A stretch of 32,000 nucleotides of DNA from Methanothermobacter thermautotrophicus str. Delta H (lineage in GTDB: Archaea > Methanobacteriota > Methanobacteria > Methanobacteriales > Methanothermobacteraceae): the NCBI RefSeq assembly GCF_000008645.1, contig NC_000916.1:90001-122000 (forward strand), in the 5' to 3' direction. A model generated the notes under the pieces. It worked only from the letters and a program-made list of their open reading frames with translations. It made no database searches and was not told the DNA's origin. The position numbers and the translations under genes were made by a program. Shown here piece after piece: positions 19,469-28,632 of this stretch (position 1 is its first letter; every line of letters starts with the position of its first letter).

Positions 19469-20817
19469 CCATTCACCTTCACATTCTTTATGGCCCTATC
19501 AAGGAGTTCGAGGAATTCTCTCTCACGCTCTGAGGGTATGTAGGCGCCGCAGGCAGTTGCATGGCCCCCTCCGCTTCCACCCACCTTCTCAGCGACCCTC
19601 CTCATTATGGAGCCGAAGTGTATGCCGTCGAAGGCCAGGAGCCGTGAGCATCGCAGCGAAACCTTGAGTCCATCAGCGGTTTCTCCCAGTCCAATCATGG
19701 GCCTCCTCCAGTCACCGTAGCCAAGGAGCATGCCTGCGACCGTGCCCACAACGGCTGTGTTCACTCCCGGAGCATGGAAGTACTGGAGGTTCTCCATGTC
19801 CCTTATCAGTTCCTCATCCATTATCTCGTCGAGTGTAACTGCAAGGTAGGTCCTGTGATCCCTGAGCACATCCTCCAGTTCATCCCTTTTCCCTTTCCGG
19901 TCCCCTCCGATTATCTCCATTGCAAGCTTCCACCTTGAGTTGCGGTTACAGGCGTTCACCGCCGTTGAGAACTCAGACAGATCCCTGAAAACAGTGTACC
20001 TCTCCTCGGAGCTGAGCTCATAGACCTCGCCGAGGATAAGCCTTGGAAGGTATCTGTGATATCTTTCAGGGACTTCACTGACCATCATGCGGTATATCTC
20101 GTTGAAGAGTTTCCTCTTCTCATCATCCGTAAGGTCACAGAGTTTTCGCTGTGATTCCCCATTTTTGAGGGGTATTCCAAGGTTTTTGAGCCTTGCAATG
20201 CACTCATTGGTGTTGTTTGTTGTCGGGAGAGTTACATCCCCAAAATAGGAGAGCGCATTAACCAGAGGCCTTGTATGTCTACCATAGATTGTCAGGTCAC
20301 TCTGGCACTCGATCTGACCCTCACTGACGCTGTCCTGGAGGATATCCCTGTTCAGGCCTTCCATTTTACCGAGGGTGATGTTCTGCATGTCACCCACCGC
20401 TGCAAGGAGACCCATCCAGCTGAGGTCCCTGTAGCCGAATTCCCTTGCAAGGAGGTAGGTGAGTCCCCCGCCTGAGACATGTGTTGAGCCGTCCATCCCA
20501 TAGAATATGGGGTTTATCTCCAGGAAATCCCCGCTGGGGGCTGTGAAGTTCATCTTCCTCACAGGGGGGTGGTGGTCCAGTATGAGAACCCTTGAGTTTG
20601 ATTTAAGGTTCTCATGGACTCTCTGACCGGATCCAAGGTCGCTGAAGATGGTGAGGTCAGAGGAAAGTTCAACTTCAGGGACCTCGTTGATGTTTATGAT
20701 CCTCACCTCATGGTCCATATCGAGCCTTTCAAGGACCTTGCTGAGCACCGTCGCGGCTGTTATACCATCACAGTCAGTGTGACTGTAGACCGTGACTGTT
20801 TCAGAGGATTCAACCAT
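19465..20817 (-). CDS. DHH/DHHA1 phosphoesterase, archaeal RecJ-like
   Basis: DHH motifs HTDCDGITA, FSDLG and ILDHHPP. The DHHA1 motif is GGGHATACGA. Confidence 0.75.
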   Translation of the reverse strand: MVESSETVTVYSHTDCDGITAATVLSKVLERLDMDHEVRIININEVPEVELSSDLTIFSDLGSGQRVHENLKSNSRVLILDHHPPVRKMNFTAPSGDFLEINPIFYGMDGSTHVSGGGLTYLLAREFGYRDLSWMGLLAAVGDMQNITLGKMEGLNRDILQDSVSEGQIECQSDLTIYGRHTRPLVNALSYFGDVTLPTTNNTNECIARLKNLGIPLKNGESQRKLCDLTDDEKRKLFNEIYRMMVSEVPERYHRYLPRLILGEVYELSSEERYTVFRDLSEFSTAVNACNRNSRWKLAMEIIGGDRKGKRDELEDVLRDHRTYLAVTLDEIMDEELIRDMENLQYFHAPGVNTAVVGTVAGMLLGYGDWRRPMIGLGETADGLKVSLRCSRLLAFDGIHFGSIMRRVAEKVGGSGGGHATACGAYIPSEREREFLELLDRAIKNVKVNG

Positions 20818-20871
20818 CTCCCTGGCCCTTCTGAGGGCAATCTCAGTTCATCCATACCCATAGCCATGGCA

Positions 20872-21141
20872 TCATCTCTTCCTTGAGGACCTCACAAGTC
20901 TTGCAATTTTTGGAAGGAGTTCGCTCTTTTTACCATTGTATTCCACAACAACCCTTCCTGAGGACTCCCACCAGGACGGTGGGTATGCCCTGTCTGATTC
21001 CATACTGGCCTCCAGCTGGAGCTTCCTGGCAGCCCTGAGTATCTCACTGGCGGTCGGGGATTCAACAGCATACTCGAGGGGCACCCTGCGACCCTCACTC
21101 CGTGATTTTCTTGAATCAAGATAAGTGGGCCATATGATCAA
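20872..21141 (-). CDS. srp19: Signal recognition particle protein SRP19
   Basis: IIWPTYLDSRKSRSEGRRVP...YPPSWW is the SRP19 signature. TTG 21141 is preferred because GGAGGA lies 7 nt upstream and it gives the MIIWP N-terminus. GTG 21147 is the alternative. Confidence 0.85.
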   Translation of the reverse strand: MIIWPTYLDSRKSRSEGRRVPLEYAVESPTASEILRAARKLQLEASMESDRAYPPSWWESSGRVVVEYNGKKSELLPKIARLVRSSRKR

Positions 21142-21170
21142 GTTCACTCCTCCTGGTTTCGTTCATTCTG

Positions 21171-21971
21171 TCAGTCCACATCTTCACCCATGCTAACTGC
21201 GAGCGCAGCTATCATATCCTTCACGGTGTACCTTTCGGGTGTCACGGCGGTGATTCCATGCTCCTCCAGCTTCCTGAGGGTTATGGGGCCTATTGCAGCC
21301 ACCTTAACCCTCTTCAGAACCTCTATGAGCTCTTTACGCCGGTTACCGGCGATTTTGAAGAGGTTCTCAACAGTGAGGGGGCTTGTGAAGGTGACTGCAT
21401 CCACCTTTCCATCCAGGAGACCATCTATAAGCTCCTCTGCGGGGCCGGTGTCTTCAGGTAAACCGGATCTGTAGGCCTCGGCCACGAGGACCTCTGCACC
21501 CATCATCTCAAGTCCTCGGGGAAGGACCTTCCTTGCAGAGAGTGTCCTTGGGAGAGCCACCTTCCAGCCCTCAATGTTGAGACCGGTGAGGGCATCCAGG
21601 AGGCCCTCGGCAGTATAATCCTCCGGGACGATATCGACCCGGAGTCCATGCTCACCGGCCACTCTGGCGGTCCTGGGACCTATAACTGCCACCAGGCAGT
21701 CCTTCCTGATTTTCCCTGCAAATTCTCTGCAGAGCTGGAAGAGGGATTCAACGGCGGCCTGTGACGTGAATATTACAAGATCCCATTCATCAGCCCTCCG
21801 GCAGACTTCCCTGAGGGATTCTGTGTGCGCCTCCTTTAATTCAAGGGTCGGGGCCACGAGGGCCCTTCCACCTGCCCCCTCTATCAGTTCAACAGCCTCT
21901 GCAGATCTTTCAGGGGGCCGTGTCACGGCCACGGTCCTATTTCTCAGTCCCTCTAATTTCACGGTAGACAT
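21171..21971 (-). CDS. hemD: Uroporphyrinogen-III synthase
   Basis: HemD-like two-domain sequence (VAVTRP...FTSQAAVE...AIGPRTA...FTSPLTVE...AAIGPIT). The start is uncertain among 21983, 21971 and 21962. ATG 21971 has GGTGA 8 nt upstream and overlaps the cobA 3' end. Confidence 0.8.
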   Translation of the reverse strand: MSTVKLEGLRNRTVAVTRPPERSAEAVELIEGAGGRALVAPTLELKEAHTESLREVCRRADEWDLVIFTSQAAVESLFQLCREFAGKIRKDCLVAVIGPRTARVAGEHGLRVDIVPEDYTAEGLLDALTGLNIEGWKVALPRTLSARKVLPRGLEMMGAEVLVAEAYRSGLPEDTGPAEELIDGLLDGKVDAVTFTSPLTVENLFKIAGNRRKELIEVLKRVKVAAIGPITLRKLEEHGITAVTPERYTVKDMIAALAVSMGEDVD

Positions 21972-22653
21972 TGACAACATCACCCACCACTATGATGCCG
22001 GGAGGCCTCAGGTCCTTATCTGCGATGTCTCCAAGTGTCCCGAGGATTATCCTCTCATCATCCAGCGTACCGCTCTCAATCACACATACCGGGGTGTCGG
22101 CGGGGCGGTGCTTCATGATCTCCTCCATGTTCTCCCTTATGTTGCCAACACCCATGAGTATTATGAGCGTATCTGCATTGTAGTCCCAGTGGACCTGCTT
22201 AGCGGGCTTTGATGGGTCCTCGTGGCCTGTAACCACCGTGAAGGATGTTGCAACGCCCCTGTGGGTTACAGGAAGCCCGACTGATGTGGGGACACCAACA
22301 GCCGATGTCACTCCGGGGATGACCCTGTAGGGGATGCCGGCTTCCTTCAGGGCCAGGATCTCCTCACCACCCCTTCCAAATACGAAGGGGTCGCCGCCCT
22401 TGAGCCTCACAACGGTCTCATGTTTTTTTCCTTCCTCAACGAGTATTCTGTTTATCTCGTCCTGGGTCCTGTGGTGTTCACCTGCCCTCTTACCGACGTA
22501 TATGAGCCTGGCGTCATCAGGTGCGTATCTGAGTATCTCTTCACCTGCAAGCCGGTCATAGATCACCACGTCTGCCCCTTCAAGGACCCTTATCGCCTTG
22601 AGTGTTATGAGTTCAGGGTCCCCGGGTCCTGCCCCAACAAGATAGACCACCAT
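21937..22653 (-). CDS. cobA: Uroporphyrinogen-III C-methyltransferase (SUMT)
   Basis: [33 protein letters not shown] and IPGVTSA motifs. ATG 22653 has GGGTGA 5 nt upstream. Confidence 0.9.
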   Translation of the reverse strand: MVVYLVGAGPGDPELITLKAIRVLEGADVVIYDRLAGEEILRYAPDDARLIYVGKRAGEHHRTQDEINRILVEEGKKHETVVRLKGGDPFVFGRGGEEILALKEAGIPYRVIPGVTSAVGVPTSVGLPVTHRGVATSFTVVTGHEDPSKPAKQVHWDYNADTLIILMGVGNIRENMEEIMKHRPADTPVCVIESGTLDDERIILGTLGDIADKDLRPPGIIVVGDVVNVYREIRGTEK

Positions 22654-22658
22654 GAGCA

Positions 22659-23315
22659 TCACCCTCTAAACTTCAGGATGCCCCTGAAGAATTTGAAGCC
22701 ATCCACGGATCCCAGTATCTCCTCGGATGCCCTCTCAGGGTGGGGCATCACTGCGCATACAAGGCCTGATTCATCGCAGACCCCGGTTATACCGTCCAGT
22801 GAACCGTTGGGGTTTTCCCCATGGAACTGGAGGACGACCTGATCGTTTTCCCATACCTCACTGATATTGTCGTGGTAGTACCTGCCCTCGGCATGTGCCA
22901 CAGGCATCCTTATAACCTCGTCCTTCTTGAAGAGACCTGTGAATGGCGTCCTGGTTGTTTTAACCCTGAGTTCGGTCCACTGGCAGTTGAATTTTGGGTG
23001 CTCGTTTACGGTGAAGACCCCTGGCACAAGCCCAACCTCTGCCAGTATCTGGGCGCCATTGCATATGCCAAGTACAGGTTTTTCCTCCCTCACAAGTTCC
23101 CTGACAGCGTCCATGACAGGGGTTATGGCTGCGATTGCACCTGCACGGAGGTAGTCCCCGTAGGAGAAACCCCCCGGGATCACGACGGCGTCGAGGTGAT
23201 CAAGGTTGCGCTGGTTCCACCAGACATACTCAGGTTCCGCCCCTGCCAGTTCAAGGACATGGTGGACGTCACGGTCACAGTTGGATCCCGGAAACCTTAT
23301 AACTCCCACCCTCAT
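22659..23315 (-). CDS. purQ: Phosphoribosylformylglycinamidine synthase, glutaminase subunit
   Basis: [26 protein letters not shown], the GICNG nucleophile elbow and MPHPER. Confidence 0.9.
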   Translation of the reverse strand: MRVGVIRFPGSNCDRDVHHVLELAGAEPEYVWWNQRNLDHLDAVVIPGGFSYGDYLRAGAIAAITPVMDAVRELVREEKPVLGICNGAQILAEVGLVPGVFTVNEHPKFNCQWTELRVKTTRTPFTGLFKKDEVIRMPVAHAEGRYYHDNISEVWENDQVVLQFHGENPNGSLDGITGVCDESGLVCAVMPHPERASEEILGSVDGFKFFRGILKFRG

Positions 23316-23318
23316 GGT

Positions 23319-23573
23319 TCAGCCTTCCATCTCGTTTATACTGACATCATAGTCATGGATGACCGGGTTGCAGAGGAGGCGCTGACACATGTCCTCAACC
23401 TCCCTCTCAACGGCCTCAAGACTGTCCTCATCCATGGTGAAGGTTATAACATCAGTTGTATCGGTGTCCTCAACCTCATATCCAAGGAGAGCCAGTGCCC
23501 TCTCAATTGTGGCTGCCTCAGGGTTCAGCATGCCCTTCTTTAGCCTTATTCTGACCTCGACCATAAACTTCAT
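23319..23573 (-). CDS. purS: Phosphoribosylformylglycinamidine synthase subunit PurS
   Basis: 84 aa, with a PurS-like VEVRIRLKKGMLNPEAATIERAL...NPVIHDY. It is located between purC and purQ. Confidence 0.85.
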   Translation of the reverse strand: MKFMVEVRIRLKKGMLNPEAATIERALALLGYEVEDTDTTDVITFTMDEDSLEAVEREVEDMCQRLLCNPVIHDYDVSINEMEG

Positions 23574-23582
23574 TCCATCACC

Positions 23583-24329
23583 TCAGAGTTCAACATTCCA
23601 CCTTTCGATGTCCTCATCATCAAGTATCATCCTGGCCACCCTTCTGTAGGCGCCAACAACACCCTCCTCTCCACGGCGGAATATGTCCTTGTCCAGGGGC
23701 TCTCCGGTCTCCATGTCCCAGAGGCGGCAGGTGTCTGGGCTAACCTCGTCGCCGAGTCTTATCCTGCCACTGGAGTCCCTTCCGAATTCTAGTTTGAAGT
23801 CGGGCAGGATAAGTCCCCTTGACTTCAGGAAGTCCCTGAGGACACTGTTTATGTGGAGGGTGATCCTCCTTATCTCCTCCAGTTCATCCCTGGTGGCGAT
23901 CCCCAGTGCGAGGATTATGTCATCGTTCAGCATGGGGTCCCCGTGCTCATCACTCTTGTAGTCCATCTGTATGAGGGGCGGTACGAATTCCTGGCCCTCA
24001 GTGAAGGGAAACCTCCTCACGATGCTCCCCGCTGCTATATTCCGGGTTATGACCTCTATGGGTATCATCTCAAGTTTCCTTGCAAGGATGCATCCGGGTT
24101 CCCTAAGTTCAAGGTACTGGGTCGGTACCCCAGCCTCCTCGAGAACCTCGAATATCTTTGCTGAGATCACAGAGTTGTAGTAGCCCTTCATCTCAAGGGT
24201 GTCCTTCTTTTCACCGTCACCTGCGGTTATATCGTCCCTGAACCTAACGGCAACGATTTCAGGGTCATCTGTAAGGAGAACATCCTTTGCCTTACCACTG
24301 TACAGTGGACCGTCTATCTTCACATCCAT
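23583..24329 (-). CDS. purC: SAICAR synthetase
   Basis: [31 protein letters not shown] and LPDFKLEFG motifs. Confidence 0.9.
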   Translation of the reverse strand: MDVKIDGPLYSGKAKDVLLTDDPEIVAVRFRDDITAGDGEKKDTLEMKGYYNSVISAKIFEVLEEAGVPTQYLELREPGCILARKLEMIPIEVITRNIAAGSIVRRFPFTEGQEFVPPLIQMDYKSDEHGDPMLNDDIILALGIATRDELEEIRRITLHINSVLRDFLKSRGLILPDFKLEFGRDSSGRIRLGDEVSPDTCRLWDMETGEPLDKDIFRRGEEGVVGAYRRVARMILDDEDIERWNVEL

Positions 24330-24470
24330 ACTATCACTTTTAAAGAATTTGAGTATGAAATCCTGATCAACTCTCCAATACTTATATAGGTGTAAATTCT
24401 ATTATGAGTTATATTGCGATTCAGTTATATAATCTTGCGAAATCAGATTCATGCTTCTTAGGGTGAAATA

Positions 24471-26243
24471 ATGTGTGGCATTGTGGCTTGTATACTTAAG
24501 GATGGGAGTGCAGCCCCGGTTCTCCTGGAATGCGTCAGGAGACTGGAGTACAGGGGCTATGACTCCGTTGGTATTGCAACATCAGACCCCATGATAAGGA
24601 TAAAGAAGGACAGCGGCAAAATCGACGAGGTGGACGCGGAACTTGACCTTGCAGATCTACCAGGCACTATGGGGATAGCCCATGTTAGGTGGGCAACCCA
24701 TGGTCTCCCCACAGCTGAGAATGCCCACCCACACACCGACTGCAGTGGCGAGATAGCAGTTGTACACAACGGGATAATAGAGAACTACCTTGAGGTTAAG
24801 GAGGAACTTGAATCTGAGGGCCACATATTCAGGTCCGAGACAGACACCGAGGTCATACCACACCTCATAGAGAAGTACATGGATGAGGGAATGGACCTTG
24901 AAGCCGCAACAGCCACAGCACTCAGGAAGCTCAGGGGGGCATATGCGATTGCAGCGGTATCCTCCAGGGAGCCGGGAAGGATCGTGGGGGCGAGAAAGGA
25001 GAGCCCCCTCATAGTCGGTGTCGGTGAAGGTGAATACTTCCTGGCCTCAGATGTGCCAGCCATCCTCAACCACACCAGCAGGGTGATATACCTCGATGAC
25101 GGTGAGATGGTCATACTTGATGGGGATCTGAGGGTCACCGACATGGAGGGCAACACTGTTGAGAAGGAGGTCCATTCAATCGACTGGTCCGCTGACATGG
25201 CAGAGAAGGGCGGCTACGACCACTTCATGCTTAAGGAGATACATGAGGAACCCTCAGCGGTGAGGGACACCCTCACAGAGTGGGATGAGGTGCTTGGAGT
25301 GGTTGAGGAGATAGGCGAGGTTGAAAGGATCTGCTTCGTTGCCTGCGGAACATCCTACCACGCATCACTTGTTGGAAAGTACCTCTTTGAGAGCCTCCTG
25401 GGCATACCAACCGATGTGATCCTTGCAAGCGAGTTCAGATACTCAGCAGGGGCCCTGAATGACAGGACACTGGCGATATTCATAAGCCAGTCAGGTGAAA
25501 CAGCGGATACCCTGAACGCCCTCCGCGCAGCCAATTCAAGGGCGAAGACCCTGGCAATAGTCAATGTACTTGGGAGCTCGGCAACAAGGGAGGCCCAGCA
25601 TGTTCTATACACAAGGGCAGGACCCGAGATAGGTGTGGCTGCAACCAAGACCTATGTGAGTCAGCTAACAGTTATATACATGCTCGTGGCTGCAATGGGC
25701 GCACCCGAGCTCATGGATAGACTTGAAAGGGTTCCTGAGTTCATGGAGAGGGCCCTTGAGGATGAGGATGGCATCAAGGAACTTGCAGCCACCTGCAGTG
25801 ACGTGAGTGACTTCTTCTTCATAGGCCGAGGATTTGCTTATCCAACGGCCCTTGAGGGTGCCCTGAAGCTCAAGGAGATAACCTACATACACGGTGAGGG
25901 CTACGCAGCAGGGGAACTCAAGCACGGACCCCTGGCCCTGATAGATAATGGGGTGCCGGTCGTTGCGATTTCACCGCCAGGTCCGTGCCATGATAAGACC
26001 CTGAGCAACGTTGAGGAGGTCAGGGCAAGGGGTGCAAGGGTCATAGGGGTTGGCAGTATTTCAGACGAATCCCTCAGGAAGGAGGCTGATGACTTCATAG
26101 GCCTTGACCCTGAGGTGGATGATGTCATATCACCCCTGGTCTACATCGTTCCCCTCCAGCTCCTCTCCTACCATGTGAGTGTGGAACGTGGACTGGACCC
26201 TGACAAGCCAAAGAACCTTGCAAAGTGTGTGACCGTTGAGTGA
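24471..26243 (+). CDS. glmS: Glutamine--fructose-6-phosphate aminotransferase (isomerising)
   Basis: N-terminal MCGIV Ntn-glutaminase domain, two SIS domains and a C-terminal NLAKCVTVE. Confidence 0.95.
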   Translation: MCGIVACILKDGSAAPVLLECVRRLEYRGYDSVGIATSDPMIRIKKDSGKIDEVDAELDLADLPGTMGIAHVRWATHGLPTAENAHPHTDCSGEIAVVHNGIIENYLEVKEELESEGHIFRSETDTEVIPHLIEKYMDEGMDLEAATATALRKLRGAYAIAAVSSREPGRIVGARKESPLIVGVGEGEYFLASDVPAILNHTSRVIYLDDGEMVILDGDLRVTDMEGNTVEKEVHSIDWSADMAEKGGYDHFMLKEIHEEPSAVRDTLTEWDEVLGVVEEIGEVERICFVACGTSYHASLVGKYLFESLLGIPTDVILASEFRYSAGALNDRTLAIFISQSGETADTLNALRAANSRAKTLAIVNVLGSSATREAQHVLYTRAGPEIGVAATKTYVSQLTVIYMLVAAMGAPELMDRLERVPEFMERALEDEDGIKELAATCSDVSDFFFIGRGFAYPTALEGALKLKEITYIHGEGYAAGELKHGPLALIDNGVPVVAISPPGPCHDKTLSNVEEVRARGARVIGVGSISDESLRKEADDFIGLDPEVDDVISPLVYIVPLQLLSYHVSVERGLDPDKPKNLAKCVTVE

Positions 26244-26296
26244 AGGTGATCATGGAAAGCAAATACCGGGGCTCTGACGCTGCAATCCCTGAATCT

Positions 26297-27295
26297 TCAA
26301 TCTTCCTGAGGGGAGGGTACCTTAACTGACCATCTCATTGTAAGGTACTCCTTAATTTCTGATTCAGGTACCCTCTTCAAAGCCCTCCTTTTACGAATAA
26401 CCCTTCCCAGCCCCCTGTAGGCATCATATTTTGCCCTAAGGATTATGAGTTTCCCCCTCTTTATGTTCAGAAGTACCTGAATAATTTCTGTGAGAACAAA
26501 GAGGGGGAGACACATTAAAAGCAGATCAGCTGGCATGTTCTTAATGAAGGTCCAGGTATAATTTCTCCAGTTGTGGTAAACCGTGAAGTCACTTATAAAG
26601 GGATTGGTACCCCCCTTGTAGTGGTATACAGTGGCATCGGGTGCATAAAGGGAATCCCATCCTGCGCTTCTGAGTCTGAGTGCCAGATCAAAGTCCTCAT
26701 AGTATGCAAAGAAATCCTCATCAAAGTATTCAGCGTCGACCTCGACGTCTTCAAGGGCTTCTCTTCTGTAGAGACAGGCACCGGCACAGCAACCCAGGAT
26801 TCTGGCCCTTTCATTGAAATTTTCAACTGGTTCATATGCGCCCCTGTTGAATCCAAGACCATTCAGGGAGTATTCAAGGCCGGCAGAGTCTATGAGTTTT
26901 CTGTTCTGTCCCCATATCATCCTGGCCTGCACACTCCCCACCCTCTCATCGTCTCCGGCCGCCAGTATAAGATTCTCTATAAAATCTGGAAGAACCTCCG
27001 TGTCATTATTGAGGCATACCACATACCTGCATTGGGGGTCATCAAGGGCTATCCTGATCCCCTGATTGTTTGATGCAGCGAACCCCAGATTTTCATGGTT
27101 TTCGATCAATATTATCCTGTCACCGAGGTATTCACTGAAGTTACTCTTTATAAAGTCCACTGAACCATCCGATGAACCGTTGTCAATGAAGACCACCCTG
27201 AAGTCTTCATAGGTCTGTCTGAGAAGAGACCTGAAATACACCTCGAGGAAGGATACCCCGTTGAGGTTGGGTGTTATGATGTAGGTTTCTGGCAT
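26297..27295 (-). CDS. Glycosyltransferase family 2
   Basis: GT-A signature IITPNLNG...VVFIDNGSSDGS...NLGFAASNNQG...LNNDT. Visibly more AT-rich than its neighbours. Confidence 0.85.
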   Translation of the reverse strand: MPETYIITPNLNGVSFLEVYFRSLLRQTYEDFRVVFIDNGSSDGSVDFIKSNFSEYLGDRIILIENHENLGFAASNNQGIRIALDDPQCRYVVCLNNDTEVLPDFIENLILAAGDDERVGSVQARMIWGQNRKLIDSAGLEYSLNGLGFNRGAYEPVENFNERARILGCCAGACLYRREALEDVEVDAEYFDEDFFAYYEDFDLALRLRSAGWDSLYAPDATVYHYKGGTNPFISDFTVYHNWRNYTWTFIKNMPADLLLMCLPLFVLTEIIQVLLNIKRGKLIILRAKYDAYRGLGRVIRKRRALKRVPESEIKEYLTMRWSVKVPSPQED

Positions 27296-27314
27296 ATGAT
27301 CACTTCTGAGATTT

Positions 27315-28454
27315 TTATGGTGTATTTTTCCGGGCTATTATGAAACTGTAGGTCCTTTCGACTTCATCAACAACCCTATCCCATATGAATTCTTCTTCAA
27401 CCTTCTTACGGCCCTGAGATCCCATCCTGTCCCTCAGTTCATCATCAGAGATTAAAAGTTTTATTTTATCATGGAGGGCCTCCTTGTCACAGGGTTCAAC
27501 CAGGAAACCGTTTTCACCGTCATCTATGACCTCAACAACTCCACCGGACCTGTAGGCCACAGCAGGCACACCACAGGCACCTGCTTCAGCAAGAACCATC
27601 CCGAAGCCCTCCCTGGTGGATGGAAGGACAAGCACCCTGGCCCCCCTGATCCTGGATATGACCTCAGGGTAGCTCAGGTTATGGTGGAATGTGACCGAGT
27701 CCCTGATGCCGCACTCATCGACCATGGCTTTCAGTCTGGCCCTCTCCACACCATCACCTATTATTTCGAGTCTGAGGTCAGGAAAGTCTATGACGAGTTT
27801 ACTGAAGACCTCTATGAGGTGATCCACATGTTTATGGGGGGCGAGGCGTCCAACGAATATTATGTAGTTCCCGGTCGCCGGGGTGACAGAATCGATGAGT
27901 TCAGGGTCAACGCCGTTGGGGATGATGTGGATGCCATCGGGATTCCTCCCATGCAGTTCTGTGAGTGCTGAGGCCGTGCTGCGGCTAACGGTGATCACAC
28001 CATCATAGGGGAGCCTCATGAGGACCCTCTCAAGGATTGTGGCTGTTTTTGAGGACTGCAGCCACTGGTCCCCATGGGCGGAACTCACATCATGGATGGT
28101 TGCAACCATTGGTGTTCCATGAATCCGGGAGGCAAGGAATGCTGGGAGGAGTGGAGCGTACGTCTGGGCGTCAATGATGTCATAGTCATGGGTCATCACC
28201 CACCTGAAGGCCGCCGCCATGAACCTGATGAAATCCAGGGGTCCCCTGAGAGGAGGTTTCCTTATTCTGGGGCCCAGGTGGTGCACCCTTACACCGCTGA
28301 CCTCTTCATACTCACCGACTCCATGGATCCCCATTGATATCACATCAACAACATGACCCCTCTCAACGAGTCTCCTGGCAATTTCAAAGTATCTCCTCTC
28401 CCCTCCTCCATTGTAATGCGGTACAAAGAAATCTGAGACTATCAGTATTCTCAT
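27315..28454 (-). CDS. Glycosyltransferase family 4 (GT-B, RfaG-like)
   Basis: MRILIVSDFFVPHYNGGGE at the N-terminus and EGFGMVLAEAGACGVPAVA in the C-terminal domain. ATG 28454 is preferred over GTG 28463. Confidence 0.85.
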   Translation of the reverse strand: MRILIVSDFFVPHYNGGGERRYFEIARRLVERGHVVDVISMGIHGVGEYEEVSGVRVHHLGPRIRKPPLRGPLDFIRFMAAAFRWVMTHDYDIIDAQTYAPLLPAFLASRIHGTPMVATIHDVSSAHGDQWLQSSKTATILERVLMRLPYDGVITVSRSTASALTELHGRNPDGIHIIPNGVDPELIDSVTPATGNYIIFVGRLAPHKHVDHLIEVFSKLVIDFPDLRLEIIGDGVERARLKAMVDECGIRDSVTFHHNLSYPEVISRIRGARVLVLPSTREGFGMVLAEAGACGVPAVAYRSGGVVEVIDDGENGFLVEPCDKEALHDKIKLLISDDELRDRMGSQGRKKVEEEFIWDRVVDEVERTYSFIIARKNTP

Positions 28455-28632
28455 AGGACCCACTTTCCAGTATTCTGTTCAATCAGTTTCCATCCAGAAT
28501 TTCATCAATTCCATCAATTTATATCTGATGTATGATATAATTAATAACATAGTGGGGCAGACATGCTGCGTCAGGTTCCTCCACAGAGGGGCATGATGTA
28601 AATCGGGGGGTGATGTAGGTGGGGGTTTTCCC

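Noticed and set aside
22821-23543. 240-aa ORF antisense to purQ/purS
   Set aside because: It overlaps two well-supported pur genes on the other strand and crosses their intergenic junction. It has no recognisable domain and an odd composition.
28519-28540. Inverted repeat TTATATC-N8-GATATAA between the GT4 and histidine kinase genes
   Set aside because: The arms are themselves TATA-box-like sequences facing the two divergent genes. A pair of divergent promoters explains the symmetry without invoking an operator.
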